From the IMG/VR virus record IMGVR_UViG_3300028072_000006, positions 7,416-71,415 of that record: DNA of 64,000 nucleotides. One strand, written 5' to 3'. The notes under the pieces were generated by a model that was given only the letters and a program-made list of their open reading frames with translations, was not told the DNA's origin and made no database searches. Origin of the DNA: a virus. Its lineage: Duplodnaviria; Caudoviricetes. The number at the start of each line of letters is the position of its first letter. Within the stretch, counting starts at the first letter, position 1. The translations under genes were made by a program, and so were the position numbers. Shown here piece after piece: positions 45,082-55,091 of the stretch.

Positions 45082-46376
45082 TGCTGAGAAAAGTTCTATT
45101 CGCGATCTGGCTCTTGGTAACGCCGCAGCTCGTGGTGGCGCAGCAGAGCTGTCAGGTCGTCCCGACGGGCTCGTTGCTCAGCGCGTTCTTCTCGATGACG
45201 GCGAACACCCGCGGCGGCAGCCACGCTCCGTCGGTGACGGTCGGCGGCTTCCGGCTGTGGGACACGACCGCCGTGTGGCCGCTGTTGAACACCGCGGCGG
45301 GAACCTACAACTGGTCGGAGCTCGACGCGTGGGTGACGCAGATCGCCGGAGCGGGCGCCGACACGATGTTCACGCTCGGCCGCACGCCGTGCTGGATCGC
45401 CACGAGCTGCGTGGGCACGTACAATCCGAACGGCTCGTCGGCGCCGCCGTCGGACGTGAACAGCGACGGGACGGGAACCGACGCAACCTTGAAGGCGTTC
45501 GCCACCGCGCTGGCCACGCACTCGTTGACCTACGGCGCGAACAAGATCAAGTACTACGAATTTTGGAATGAGCCGGACTTGAACGGAACTTGGTCGGGAA
45601 CCGCGGCGCAGCTGGTGCGGATGGGCAAGGACTACTACCAGCAGATCAAGGCCGTGGACCCGGCGGCGATCATCATCGGGCCCGCGCCGTCCACGGGCAA
45701 CAGCTCAGGCATCCACTTCCTGCCGGCGTACTACGCGGCGGGCGGCGCGCCCTGGCAAGACATCGTCGGCATGCACGCGTACGTGTACAACGGCTCGAAC
45801 TTCGCCACCGTTCCCGAGGGGATCACCGTCATCATCTCGAAGCTGAAGGCGCTGATGAACGCGAACGGTATCGGCAACAAGGTGATCTGGTTTACGGAGG
45901 GAAGTTGGGGCGGTTCGCCGAACAACTCCGGCATGTCGAGCGTGCAGAAACAGATGTATCTCTCGCGCGACTTCATCTTGATGTGGGCGAACGAAGTTGG
46001 CCGATTCTACTGGTACGCGTGGGACAACCACAGCGACAACTTGTCCATCGGCTTCGGAACGCTGTGCGAAGGCACGTTCGGCTCGTGCACGCCGAACAAT
46101 ACCTCGGTCACCTACACGCAGGTCCGCAGCTGGCTGGTCGGGTCCACGCACTCGCCCAACCCGTGTTCGTTGAACTCGTCCAACGGAGTTTACAGCTGCG
46201 TGCTCACGCTGACAGGCAACGTCTCGGCGCAGATCTTATGGACGACCGGGTCGAACGTGAACATCCCCGTCTCGTCGATCTTCGGCCACTACAAGACCGC
46301 GGCGAACGCGAGCGTGACTCCGATCTCAGGAAACTCGGTCCCCGTCAGCGGTATGCCGCTCATGGTGATACCATAA
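45078..46376 (+). CDS. Clan GH-A-like glycoside hydrolase with signal peptide, paralogue 2
   Basis: FRLWD...GTYNW..LD, YYEFWNEPD, WFTEGSWG. Confidence 0.75.
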   Translation: MMLRKVLFAIWLLVTPQLVVAQQSCQVVPTGSLLSAFFSMTANTRGGSHAPSVTVGGFRLWDTTAVWPLLNTAAGTYNWSELDAWVTQIAGAGADTMFTLGRTPCWIATSCVGTYNPNGSSAPPSDVNSDGTGTDATLKAFATALATHSLTYGANKIKYYEFWNEPDLNGTWSGTAAQLVRMGKDYYQQIKAVDPAAIIIGPAPSTGNSSGIHFLPAYYAAGGAPWQDIVGMHAYVYNGSNFATVPEGITVIISKLKALMNANGIGNKVIWFTEGSWGGSPNNSGMSSVQKQMYLSRDFILMWANEVGRFYWYAWDNHSDNLSIGFGTLCEGTFGSCTPNNTSVTYTQVRSWLVGSTHSPNPCSLNSSNGVYSCVLTLTGNVSAQILWTTGSNVNIPVSSIFGHYKTAANASVTPISGNSVPVSGMPLMVIP

Positions 46377-47839
46377 TGGGCGTCAACTACACTCCGCTGG
46401 CGACGGAAATCGACCAGTGCCAATTCTGCGTTTTCTTCCCGGGAGGCGGAGTTTGCACCAACTCGCGGGTGGCTCAGGATCTAGATGTTCCCGAGAATGC
46501 GGACGGTCAAAAGATCGTTTCGATCTCGGGGTGGTGTGAGGAGTTTCAATCCAAGGTCAGCGACATGCCCGACACCAACTCGGGAACCTCAGTAAAGGCG
46601 GCGAAGATGAAGAAGCACTACAGCAAGTTCGTTCCGTTTGCGAAGGTCGATGCGGCTAAGCGGGAGGTTTGGGGGATCGTCACGGCTCAAGTTCCCGACA
46701 AGGAACGTGAGGTCTGCGACTACGCCAAGACCAAGCCTTACTACGAAGCTCTCATCGCCGAGATGAGCAAGGCGACCGACGGCCGGAACTTTATGCCGCT
46801 GCGCTACATGCACCAGAACGAGGCGGTCGGGAAGGGCATCGGCTTCGACTTCCGCGACTCGGACAAAGAGATATTCATGGGCTTCAAGGTCGTCGACGAC
46901 GAGTGCTGGAAGCTCGTGGACGAAGGAGTGCTCACGGGCTTCAGCCACGGCGGAGACTTCGTCGGGCCGCTCGTGCCGGACCCCGACTTTGAAGGCTGCA
47001 TGCGCTACGTGGCCTCGCCCGCCGAGGTCAGTCTCGTCGACAACCCGTGTCTAGCGAGCGCGCACTTTCAGTACGTGAAGGCCGACGGGTCGGACGGCGG
47101 GCTGCGGAAGTTCAAGAAGATCGACCCGAAGCTCGACGCTCCCGTCAACGTGCAGGCTCTAGTCCAAGCTGAGGTCGCCCGTGAGCTGGCCAAGTTTAAG
47201 AAGGCGGCTCCCGCGGCGGCCGATCCGAACGCGACGTTGCCGAAGAAGACCAAGAAAGTGTACGGCGAGGACCTGCCGCCGAGCGCCTTCGCCTATGTGG
47301 GAAACCTGGACAACCCGGAAACCTGGAGCGTGCCGATCAAGTTTTCGGACGACGCCACGACGAAGAAGTTCATCCGCGCTGGGCTGGTCAAGCTTCCCGA
47401 CAATCGGGTCGTGCCGAACGACAAGAAGCCGGAGGTCAAGCGCCGCATCATCCTGACGGCCAAGCAGTTCGGCGTCGATGTCGCCGACGAGGAATCGAAG
47501 ATGGCCGCGGTACGATCTTACCTGCGCAAGCAGGTGCGCGCCAAGGTCAACCGCATGATGAGCAAGCAGAAGGATCTGTCGCACAGCTTGTTCTTCATCG
47601 ACGATGATCTCGGCAAGCTCGCCAAGGGCATGCACGAGGTCAGCTGGCTGGCGCGGAACGTAAATGAGCTCGCGTACCTCGTCTATTGCGTGTGCGACGA
47701 GCAAGACTTTGAGGAGGACGAGAGTTCTCCTCTTCCGGCGATGTTGGCGGAAAACGTGAGCGGTCTACTGGATTCGCTGGTGGCGATGGCTCAAGAGGAG
47801 GCGCAAGAACTTCGAGCTGACATAAACGCAAAACTTTAG
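46376..47839 (+). CDS. Prohead maturation protease (XkdF/HK97-like) with extensions
   Basis: MH...AVGK and GVLTGFSHGG..EVSLVDNP motifs; upstream of scaffold and capsid genes. Confidence 0.75.
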   Translation: MGVNYTPLATEIDQCQFCVFFPGGGVCTNSRVAQDLDVPENADGQKIVSISGWCEEFQSKVSDMPDTNSGTSVKAAKMKKHYSKFVPFAKVDAAKREVWGIVTAQVPDKEREVCDYAKTKPYYEALIAEMSKATDGRNFMPLRYMHQNEAVGKGIGFDFRDSDKEIFMGFKVVDDECWKLVDEGVLTGFSHGGDFVGPLVPDPDFEGCMRYVASPAEVSLVDNPCLASAHFQYVKADGSDGGLRKFKKIDPKLDAPVNVQALVQAEVARELAKFKKAAPAAADPNATLPKKTKKVYGEDLPPSAFAYVGNLDNPETWSVPIKFSDDATTKKFIRAGLVKLPDNRVVPNDKKPEVKRRIILTAKQFGVDVADEESKMAAVRSYLRKQVRAKVNRMMSKQKDLSHSLFFIDDDLGKLAKGMHEVSWLARNVNELAYLVYCVCDEQDFEEDESSPLPAMLAENVSGLLDSLVAMAQEEAQELRADINAKL

Positions 47840-47886
47840 TAACTTTTTCGCGCCGCTCTCAACAGCGGCACAGGAGGAAATAAGAA

Positions 47887-48606
47887 GTGAAAATTAAACT
47901 AGATTCGCTGGAAAACCTCGCCAAGGGCATCACGCTCTTGGAGGGAGGTCTCGCCAAGGGCTACGCGCACCACACCGCGATGTCCAAGGTTCACGGCGAC
48001 ATGTCCAAGGCTCACGCCGGGCACGCGGCTCTGCACAAGGCGAAGGCCGACGGCATGGCGGACGACCACGAGGACAAACAGTACCACAAATCGAGCCACG
48101 ACTTTCACAAGGCGATGGCGGACCACCACGAGGAGGCTTGCAAGCTCCACAAGGCTCACGCTGACGCTCTCGGGAGCATGGACGGTAAATCTTCTGGAGA
48201 GGGTGATATGCAAAAGTGCGAGCATGACAAGTCGATGACTGAAGCCTGCGGCGACTGCAAGCGTGAAGCAGCTCCCGCGCTGGTCAAGGCGGATGGGCTG
48301 GACAGCGTTATCGCTAACGCGCTGGCCAACGCGGCGGCCAACCTGGGCGGCGATAAAGACTTCCAGGGCAGCTTGCAGGAGATGTTTAAGAAAGCGGTTC
48401 TCGCCAAGGCCGAGGAGCTAATGGGGGTTACCATAAAGCCCAAGGCGGGTGTGACGGGAATCAACGCCGACCCGAAGGGCAAGCCGACGCTCGTGCGGCG
48501 CGCGGGTCAGCCTGAAGAGGACGAGCAGGGTCAGGAGCAGCTCGAGGAAGCGGTTTCCCCGGCGCTGCGCCACCTCGTCAAGAGCACGGGTACCGACGAC
48601 GAGTAG
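47887..48606 (+). CDS. Putative scaffolding protein with a His-heptad region
   Basis: Helical, charged protein between protease and capsid; GGAGG RBS. Confidence 0.55.
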   Translation: MKIKLDSLENLAKGITLLEGGLAKGYAHHTAMSKVHGDMSKAHAGHAALHKAKADGMADDHEDKQYHKSSHDFHKAMADHHEEACKLHKAHADALGSMDGKSSGEGDMQKCEHDKSMTEACGDCKREAAPALVKADGLDSVIANALANAAANLGGDKDFQGSLQEMFKKAVLAKAEELMGVTIKPKAGVTGINADPKGKPTLVRRAGQPEEDEQGQEQLEEAVSPALRHLVKSTGTDDE

Positions 48607-48701
48607 CGCTGAGTTTTTTCATCCTTTTCGTTTTCCTGTCGGAACGTAAGGGGACCATCACAAAGATTTTCAGGAAAGTGAGATAAGGAGAAGAAAAAAC
48701 A

Positions 48702-50360
48702 ATGTCGGTAACTTGCAAACAAAAGGAATACGCCTTCGGCGCGCTCGAGAGCCGCAGGCAGTACACCAAGGCGATGGCGGACCCGAAGCTCGCCGCGCTG
48801 TTGGAAAAAGCTTTGGCGGTCGATCCGGCAAAGTGGCATCGTGACAACCCGTTGATTAAGGAAGCGAGTCGCGCGCTCATCAAGGCGGGCGTCTCGACGT
48901 CGTTGGGCTTCAACTTCTTCGACCTTCGCGGACCGGCGTACTTCATCTTTCCGTTGAACACGCCGTTCATCCAGATGATTCCGAAGGCGGGCAAGGTGAA
49001 CGCGGGTGTGGGCACGGCGGCGCACTGGAAGGCCACGCGCAATCCGAACTCCACCTACCAGTACGCTGGCGCGCAAGAAGGCCAGCGTGTTGGTATTGCC
49101 ACGCCAAATGAAATCGACTACCTCGCAACGTACAAGGAGCTCGGCATGGAAGCCGGGGAAACCTTCACCGCGCAGTGGGCGGGCGAAGGCTACACCGACA
49201 ACCTGGCCGACGAGCATTTCCGCAACTTGGCTCGCTTGCGCTTGCAGGAAGAGATGATGACCTTGGGCGGCAACTCCGGTACCGCCACGGGTAACCTTGG
49301 GTTTGCCCTTGGGCAAGCTCCCACCCCGACGCTCGCCCTAACCAACGGCGGCGCGCTGGGTAACGGCGCCAACGTCGCGGTCGCCGTCGTGGCGATCACC
49401 TGGATGGGAACGAACCCGGGCGGGCAAGCCGGTTATGCGGTTCCCCCGTCGGTTGTCGGCGGTCTCACCACCAACTACACCCGTCAGAACGCCGACGGAT
49501 CCACCACCAACGTGGCTTGCGGCCTCAGCGCCGTGTCCAACGTTTCTGCCGTATCCACCGCCAACGCTGCAGCTCAGAGCTTGACCGCGCGCATTCCGGC
49601 ACAGAAGGGCGCTGTCGCTTACGCTTGGTTCTGGGGCGTCAACGTGGCCGCCGCTGCGGGCAACCTGAAGCTCGGCGCCATTACCTCTTACCCCCACGTG
49701 AATATCACCAACGTGGCGTCGGGAACTCAGACCGCGAACGCCGCGGGCTTGAGCACCGACAACAGCTTCCAACCCACTGACTTCGACGGCCTGTCGACCT
49801 ACGCGTTCTTGAACGGTCTGTGGACCGACATGGACAACGGGTCGTTCACCCCGTCGGGCAACGGCATGGTCGCTGAGGTCGAGTCTGACCTTGCGGCTCT
49901 GTGGAACCTGTACCAAGCGCAGCCCGACGCGATCTGGTGCTCGTCCGATGTTCGCCAGTCGCTCGACCAAGCGGTGGTGTTCTCGCAGACGGGAACGAAC
50001 AGCTTCATCTTCAACTACGCGGGCGGTGCGCAGACCAGCGGCGTCGACGCGGGCTTCATCGTCTCGGGCTACAAGTCGAAGTACTCGATGAACCCAGCCG
50101 GCGGCGCGGTTATCCCCATCCGCATCCACCCACAGTTCCCGGCCGGAACGATGCTGTATGACATCAACACCAACCCTTACCCGCACTCGCGCATTCCTGC
50201 GGTGCGGCAGTTCCTGTTGCAGCGCGACTACTACTCCATCGAGTGGCCCGTCGTTACGCGGCAGTGGACCTTCGGCACGTACATTCACGAGGTTCTCGCG
50301 CACTACATGCCGTGGGCCTCGGCTATCCGTACGGGCATCGGTCCGTTCGTATCGCCGTAA
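48702..50360 (+). CDS. Major capsid protein (552 aa, with an Ala/Gly/Thr-rich insertion)
   Basis: Position after protease and scaffold, strong AAGGAG RBS, biased codons, DFDGL motif, downstream hairpin. Confidence 0.75.
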   Translation: MSVTCKQKEYAFGALESRRQYTKAMADPKLAALLEKALAVDPAKWHRDNPLIKEASRALIKAGVSTSLGFNFFDLRGPAYFIFPLNTPFIQMIPKAGKVNAGVGTAAHWKATRNPNSTYQYAGAQEGQRVGIATPNEIDYLATYKELGMEAGETFTAQWAGEGYTDNLADEHFRNLARLRLQEEMMTLGGNSGTATGNLGFALGQAPTPTLALTNGGALGNGANVAVAVVAITWMGTNPGGQAGYAVPPSVVGGLTTNYTRQNADGSTTNVACGLSAVSNVSAVSTANAAAQSLTARIPAQKGAVAYAWFWGVNVAAAAGNLKLGAITSYPHVNITNVASGTQTANAAGLSTDNSFQPTDFDGLSTYAFLNGLWTDMDNGSFTPSGNGMVAEVESDLAALWNLYQAQPDAIWCSSDVRQSLDQAVVFSQTGTNSFIFNYAGGAQTSGVDAGFIVSGYKSKYSMNPAGGAVIPIRIHPQFPAGTMLYDINTNPYPHSRIPAVRQFLLQRDYYSIEWPVVTRQWTFGTYIHEVLAHYMPWASAIRTGIGPFVSP

Positions 50361-50386
50361 GACAAAGTTGTAGTCGGTCGGGGCGG

Positions 50387-50414
50387 GCGGGGCAGACAAC
50401 TGCCCCGCTTGACT
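50387..50414 (+). terminator. GC-rich hairpin after the capsid gene (terminator or stabiliser)
   Basis: GCGGGGCAG-ACAA-CTGCCCCGC, weak U-tract. Confidence 0.5.
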
Positions 50415-50436
50415 TCTAAATAGGAGGTAGCTCTCG

Positions 50437-50655
50437 ATGTCACAGATTGGAACGCAAGGGCAGCAAGACCAGCGCACCGTTTTGTTTCAAGCTCTTCAAA
50501 CTGCACGGGCGGCAACCGCTTCGGCGCTTGTCACCTACAAGCAGTTGAAGACCGCTGAAGCAGCTGCGGCCGCGGCCTTGAACAACTACCGCAACTTCTT
50601 GTTCGGGAACGCGGATCACCCCGGAGTTCTCGACGGAATGGCAAACGACGTATAG
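50437..50655 (+). CDS. Small Ala-rich helical protein
   Basis: GGAGG RBS. Confidence 0.6.
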   Translation: MSQIGTQGQQDQRTVLFQALQTARAATASALVTYKQLKTAEAAAAAALNNYRNFLFGNADHPGVLDGMANDV

Positions 50656-50664
50656 AGGACGGTC

Positions 50665-51657
50665 ATGAAGGTTGCTCTGTTTTACCCGAAGAATGTCCTC
50701 GCCTCTTGGTACACGCTCGGCGGCTACCGCCTCGCGCTCGAACGACTCGGGCACGAGGTGGTAGACTGCCCGCTGCCTGGAAACCAGGTGGCGAACGTCG
50801 ACCACGTGCGCGCGAGGATGCCGACGCTCGAGAAGCTCGGTGAGCAGGACGTCGTCATCAGCGCGTTTCACGAGTACGTCCAGCCGTGGCTGGAAGCGCT
50901 GTACGGGCAAGACTGGAACAAGAGAAAGTTTCCCGTGATCGCGCGCTTCGACGAAACGATGGACCGCGTCGACCTGGGCCTGAACCAGCGGCGGGTCGAC
51001 GAGCTGAAGCGCTGGGCTGACCTCTACAGCTTTCCCGCGGCGCAGGACGCCGACAAGTACGGCGGGCAGTGGCTGCCGTTCGGCGCTGACGTGTCGATGT
51101 TTCACTCCCGAGTGGTCGAGAAAAAATACCCTCTGGGCTTCATCGGCACCGTGTACCCGTCGCGCATGAACTACCTGAATCAGCTCGGGCAGGCGATGAC
51201 CGAGGCGAAGCTGGACGTGACCTTCCAGTGCGGCCGCGCGATCATCGAAGATCTGGGCGGCCTGCGTGAGCGTGAGACGACGGAGCTGTTGGTCGAGAAC
51301 TACAACCAGATCAAAATTTTCTTCTGCCTGCCGCCAGTGTCGCGCTTGTTCGTCTGTAAGGCTTTCGAGGTGATGGCCTGCGGGACTTTCCTGATGTACC
51401 CGAAGCTGCCGGGAACCGCGTCGAAGAATCATTCCATCTTTCAAAACGGAGAGCATCTCGCCTACTACGAGGCGGGCTTCATGGAGGACAACGTCAAACA
51501 GATCAAGTTTTGGCTGGAGCATGACGAGCTACGCGAAAAGATCGCGAAGCAAGGGCGCGACTTGGTCCACAAGAAATTTACCCTGGACCAGATGTTCGAG
51601 AAGCTTCTCAGTCTCGTTCCTGAGGAAAAAATTCCCATTGCGAGGACCGCATCTTGA
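50665..51657 (+). CDS. Glycosyltransferase (CgeB-like GT-B)
   Basis: LGFIGT...R, FEVMACG.FL, EH..YY...EKIA..GR. Confidence 0.8.
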   Translation: MKVALFYPKNVLASWYTLGGYRLALERLGHEVVDCPLPGNQVANVDHVRARMPTLEKLGEQDVVISAFHEYVQPWLEALYGQDWNKRKFPVIARFDETMDRVDLGLNQRRVDELKRWADLYSFPAAQDADKYGGQWLPFGADVSMFHSRVVEKKYPLGFIGTVYPSRMNYLNQLGQAMTEAKLDVTFQCGRAIIEDLGGLRERETTELLVENYNQIKIFFCLPPVSRLFVCKAFEVMACGTFLMYPKLPGTASKNHSIFQNGEHLAYYEAGFMEDNVKQIKFWLEHDELREKIAKQGRDLVHKKFTLDQMFEKLLSLVPEEKIPIARTAS

Positions 51658-52412
51658 AAGCTTATTGGATGCCGAACACGAAGAACTGGGGTGACGTGTT
51701 CACCCCGTTTTTGTTCAAGAACGCCTTCGGGGTCGACGTCGAGTGGGCGCCGCTCGAGGAAGCCCGTGCATTTTCCTGCGGCTCGCTGCTCGAGCGGATA
51801 CCCGATAAGTACGACGGAGCGATCTTGGGCTCGGGCATGGGGTACGCGGAAACTCGCAAGAACTTGATGAAGGTGGAAGCTCCGTTCTTGCTACGTGGTC
51901 CGCTAAGCGCGGCGCGCTGCGTGTTTAACCGTCCTGTTCGCCTAGGAGATCCAGCGGTTTTAACTCGCCTGTTTGCCCCGAACGTTAACCTCAGCAAACA
52001 ATATCGTTACGGGGTTATCCCGCACCACGCGGATAAGGACAATGAAGAGTTTCCTATCTGGGCTGAAAGACACGGGGCGTTGTTGATCGACATCGAGGCG
52101 GGAGTGCAGCAGGTTATTGACGCGGTGTGCCTTTGTGAAAATATTCTTTCGAGCTCGTTGCACGGGATCATCATTGCGGACAGTTTGGGAATACCGTCGC
52201 ACCCGGTCAAGCCGTCGGCGAAGGTGTCGGGCAACGGGTTTAAGTTTGTTGACTACTACAGTACCTTCGGTGATGTTGTTGTTCCGTCAGCCTCTCTTAA
52301 CGAAGCTTGGCGGTTGTGCCGGAATCGAGACGTGAGCTCAGTCTTCGAAACGGTGTTTACCGTCTTTCAGGAGTACGTGGAGAAAAATGCTGAGACTAGC
52401 TCTGACCTTTGA
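51654..52412 (+). CDS. Polysaccharide pyruvyl transferase family (ExoV-like)
   Basis: NWGD, LGSG, RGPLS, GDPA, SSSLHGII.ADSLGIP. Confidence 0.85.
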   Translation: MKAYWMPNTKNWGDVFTPFLFKNAFGVDVEWAPLEEARAFSCGSLLERIPDKYDGAILGSGMGYAETRKNLMKVEAPFLLRGPLSAARCVFNRPVRLGDPAVLTRLFAPNVNLSKQYRYGVIPHHADKDNEEFPIWAERHGALLIDIEAGVQQVIDAVCLCENILSSSLHGIIIADSLGIPSHPVKPSAKVSGNGFKFVDYYSTFGDVVVPSASLNEAWRLCRNRDVSSVFETVFTVFQEYVEKNAETSSDL

Positions 52413-52968
52413 TGATGGACCGAGCGAGGAAAACACGATCGAGCTGTTGAACGTGTTGGACAAGCACAAGGTGAAGGCCACGTTCTTCATGATCGGGAAG
52501 TTCGTTCGTAAAAATCCTGACATCGCGCGGTTGGTCTCAAGGAAAGGCCACTGGATCGGTAACCACACGGTGAACCACCCGAAGCTGACAGAGTCGACGC
52601 CGCAGAACCTTGACTTTGAAATTTCTCACTGCAAGGAAATTTTGCAGGACGTGGTCGGCGATCACTCGAACATGTTCCGTCCGCCGTTCTTGATGTACTC
52701 CGCTGAAGTTGGCGACGCGGTCCGCGCGCACGGCTTGCGGACGATTTGGAAAGATGCCTCGGGCGGTGACGCGATGCAGCTCGGGGCGAACGTCATTGTC
52801 AATAAGGTTCGAGATGAACTGGCTCTGGGCTCGGGAGTCATCTTGCTGCACGACGGCTGCCACGACGATGACCGGGCGTCTCGGGCACACACGATCAAGG
52901 CGGTTGACATCTTAGTCACGAAGTACAAGAGTGAGGAAGTTCAATTCATCTCACCGTTGGAGTTTTAG
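52387..52968 (+). CDS. Polysaccharide deacetylase (NodB/CE4)
   Basis: LTFDDGP, ATFF, GNHT.NH, FRPP, ILLHD. Confidence 0.9.
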   Translation: MLRLALTFDDGPSEENTIELLNVLDKHKVKATFFMIGKFVRKNPDIARLVSRKGHWIGNHTVNHPKLTESTPQNLDFEISHCKEILQDVVGDHSNMFRPPFLMYSAEVGDAVRAHGLRTIWKDASGGDAMQLGANVIVNKVRDELALGSGVILLHDGCHDDDRASRAHTIKAVDILVTKYKSEEVQFISPLEF

Positions 52969-53685
52969 ATGGCGATGGAGCTTGACATGCAGGAGCTGAC
53001 CGGAGACCAGCGGGCCGCTTGCCTGGACACGGTCAGCCCGAACACGTTCTTCTTGCTCGTCGCCGATTCCCTGGCGAGCCGCTCCTCGCTGTCCGTGGTT
53101 CGGATGGGCGACGGCGAGCGGAGGTTATTCGCATACTGCCAAAATCACAAGGGACGGATTGAGCCGCCAAACTCTCCGTTCGACGAACCGTGGCTTCGCC
53201 AGTTCGGCTGCTACGGTATTGACACGGGTGAGTTGGAGAACCGGTTGCGGATCGCCGCGGAGCATTCGTCCTTCTTCGCCCCGCAGATCATGGGCATCAC
53301 GCGGCCGGAGTTCGCCGTGGCCAAGGTGTTTGCCCCGCGGGTTCGCTACGTGGACAACTGGTTTGTTCGAACCTGGAGCAAGAAGCTTCAAAACCAGTTG
53401 CTGAGCTTCGCCGGACGGGTGTTGTTCATTCACGGTGACGAAGGGGTTCGAGAATCTTTCTACCAAGCGGCGGAGTCGCAGTGCGCCGTCGAGTTGTTGC
53501 ACATGAGCACGTGGCAGGAGGCGGAGGAAACTATCCGGGTTGCGACGCTCAGCAGCGCGCCGCTGGTGCTGTTCGCCGGCGGACCGGCGAATAAGTACAT
53601 CGCCCCGCTGATCGCCAACGGCAACACAACTGTCAATAAGGTAGTTTTGGATCTTGGACAAGCGGCCGCGAGCGAGTGGATATGA
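52969..53685 (+). CDS. Putative GT-D-fold (DUF1792-like) glycosyltransferase
   Basis: SVVRMGDGE and LDLG motifs; gene context. Confidence 0.5.
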   Translation: MAMELDMQELTGDQRAACLDTVSPNTFFLLVADSLASRSSLSVVRMGDGERRLFAYCQNHKGRIEPPNSPFDEPWLRQFGCYGIDTGELENRLRIAAEHSSFFAPQIMGITRPEFAVAKVFAPRVRYVDNWFVRTWSKKLQNQLLSFAGRVLFIHGDEGVRESFYQAAESQCAVELLHMSTWQEAEETIRVATLSSAPLVLFAGGPANKYIAPLIANGNTTVNKVVLDLGQAAASEWI

Positions 53686-55070
53686 TCTCGGTCATCATAC
53701 CGACGCGCAAGAGAATCACCGAGCTGGCGCGCGCGGTGCAGTCCATTCGCGACACCTCCAAGCCAGGAGCGGTCGAGGCTGTCTGCTACGTGGACGAGGA
53801 TGATACGGACAGCGTCGCGGCCTGCCGGCGGTTGGGAGTTAAGACCAAGGTCGGTCCGCGGTTGCGCAACATCACGCAGTGTTGGAACGAGTGTGTGGAG
53901 CTTGCGGAAGGAGACATACTGTGCCAGGGCAATGACGACATCGTCTTTCGGACTCCGGGGTGGGATCGGATCGTTGAGGAAGAGTTCAAGAAGTTTGACG
54001 ACAAGGTGCTGATGGTCCATGGCAACGACGCTGGCGGGCAGCAGGATAAGTTCGGGCCGCACCCGTTTGTCCACCGCCGCTGGGTCGAGACGCTCGGGTA
54101 CTTCATCCCGCCGTACTTCTCGTCGGACTTCGGCGACACGTGGCTGAACGACCTAGCCAACGCGCTGGGCCGGCGGCGGTACCTGCCGTTCGTCGTCGAG
54201 CACATGCACTTCTTGTATGGCAAGGCGACGATCGACGACACGACTAGGGAACGGCTGAAGCGGCACGATGAAGACAACGTGGTTAAAAAGTACGAGGATC
54301 TTGCCGGCGAGCGGCAGAACGACATTCGAAAGCTGCGAGGACTGATGGCCGGCAAGCTCTGGACGATCATGATTCTGACGCAGCCGTCACGTACCAACTA
54401 TCTACGCCGGCTGCTCGACCGGCTCGAGCCGCAGGTCAAGCTTCACTTTCGAGACGTCGAGATCAACATCCGGCAGTTCGACCCGCGCTACACGCTGGGC
54501 GAGAACCGCGAGATCATGCGCCAGCAAGCCTTGGGCGAGTATATCAACTTCATCGACGACGACGACCTCGTCGCGAAAGACTACGTGACCCGGATCTTGT
54601 CGCTGTTGGCGAAGAAACCAGACTACGTCGGCTTCCGTCTGCAGTGCTACACGGACGGCAAGGAGATGAATCCGACCTTCCACTCGCTGAAGTACCCCGA
54701 GTGGACGCAAGACGACAAGGCTTACTACCGGGACATCTCGCACCTGAACCCGATGAAGGCGGAGTTGGCGCGGCTGGTTCAGATGGAGGGCGGGGTCGGT
54801 GAGGACCACCGCTGGGCTGACGCGATGCGCGGCAAGGTCAAAACGGAAGAGTACGTTGAAGACACGATGTACTTTTACTACTTCCGAACGGTCAAGGAGG
54901 AGAACGAGCAGACCCACCCGCTGGCGATCGGCAGCGTCCGAACGACGAGCTACCCAGGGAACCCGGACAGCCGGCCGTGCCGCCCGTGTCCACGGTGCCG
55001 CTCGCCGCTGACCTCGCCGCTGGGTGACGGGATTCGCTGTAAGCAGTGCGGTCTGCAGTTTAACAGGTAA
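53682..55070 (+). CDS. Two-domain GT2-like glycosyltransferase
   Basis: ISVIIPTR..GNDD; second domain GEY..FIDDDD. Confidence 0.8.
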   Translation: MISVIIPTRKRITELARAVQSIRDTSKPGAVEAVCYVDEDDTDSVAACRRLGVKTKVGPRLRNITQCWNECVELAEGDILCQGNDDIVFRTPGWDRIVEEEFKKFDDKVLMVHGNDAGGQQDKFGPHPFVHRRWVETLGYFIPPYFSSDFGDTWLNDLANALGRRRYLPFVVEHMHFLYGKATIDDTTRERLKRHDEDNVVKKYEDLAGERQNDIRKLRGLMAGKLWTIMILTQPSRTNYLRRLLDRLEPQVKLHFRDVEINIRQFDPRYTLGENREIMRQQALGEYINFIDDDDLVAKDYVTRILSLLAKKPDYVGFRLQCYTDGKEMNPTFHSLKYPEWTQDDKAYYRDISHLNPMKAELARLVQMEGGVGEDHRWADAMRGKVKTEEYVEDTMYFYYFRTVKEENEQTHPLAIGSVRTTSYPGNPDSRPCRPCPRCRSPLTSPLGDGIRCKQCGLQFNR

Positions 55071-55091
55071 CCGAAGATGAGAGGAGACTTA

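Noticed and set aside
37435-46376. Diversity-generating retroelement (TR/VR) among the paralogous pairs
   Set aside because: Differences are not adenine-specific, both copies are coding, and no reverse transcriptase is present in the window.
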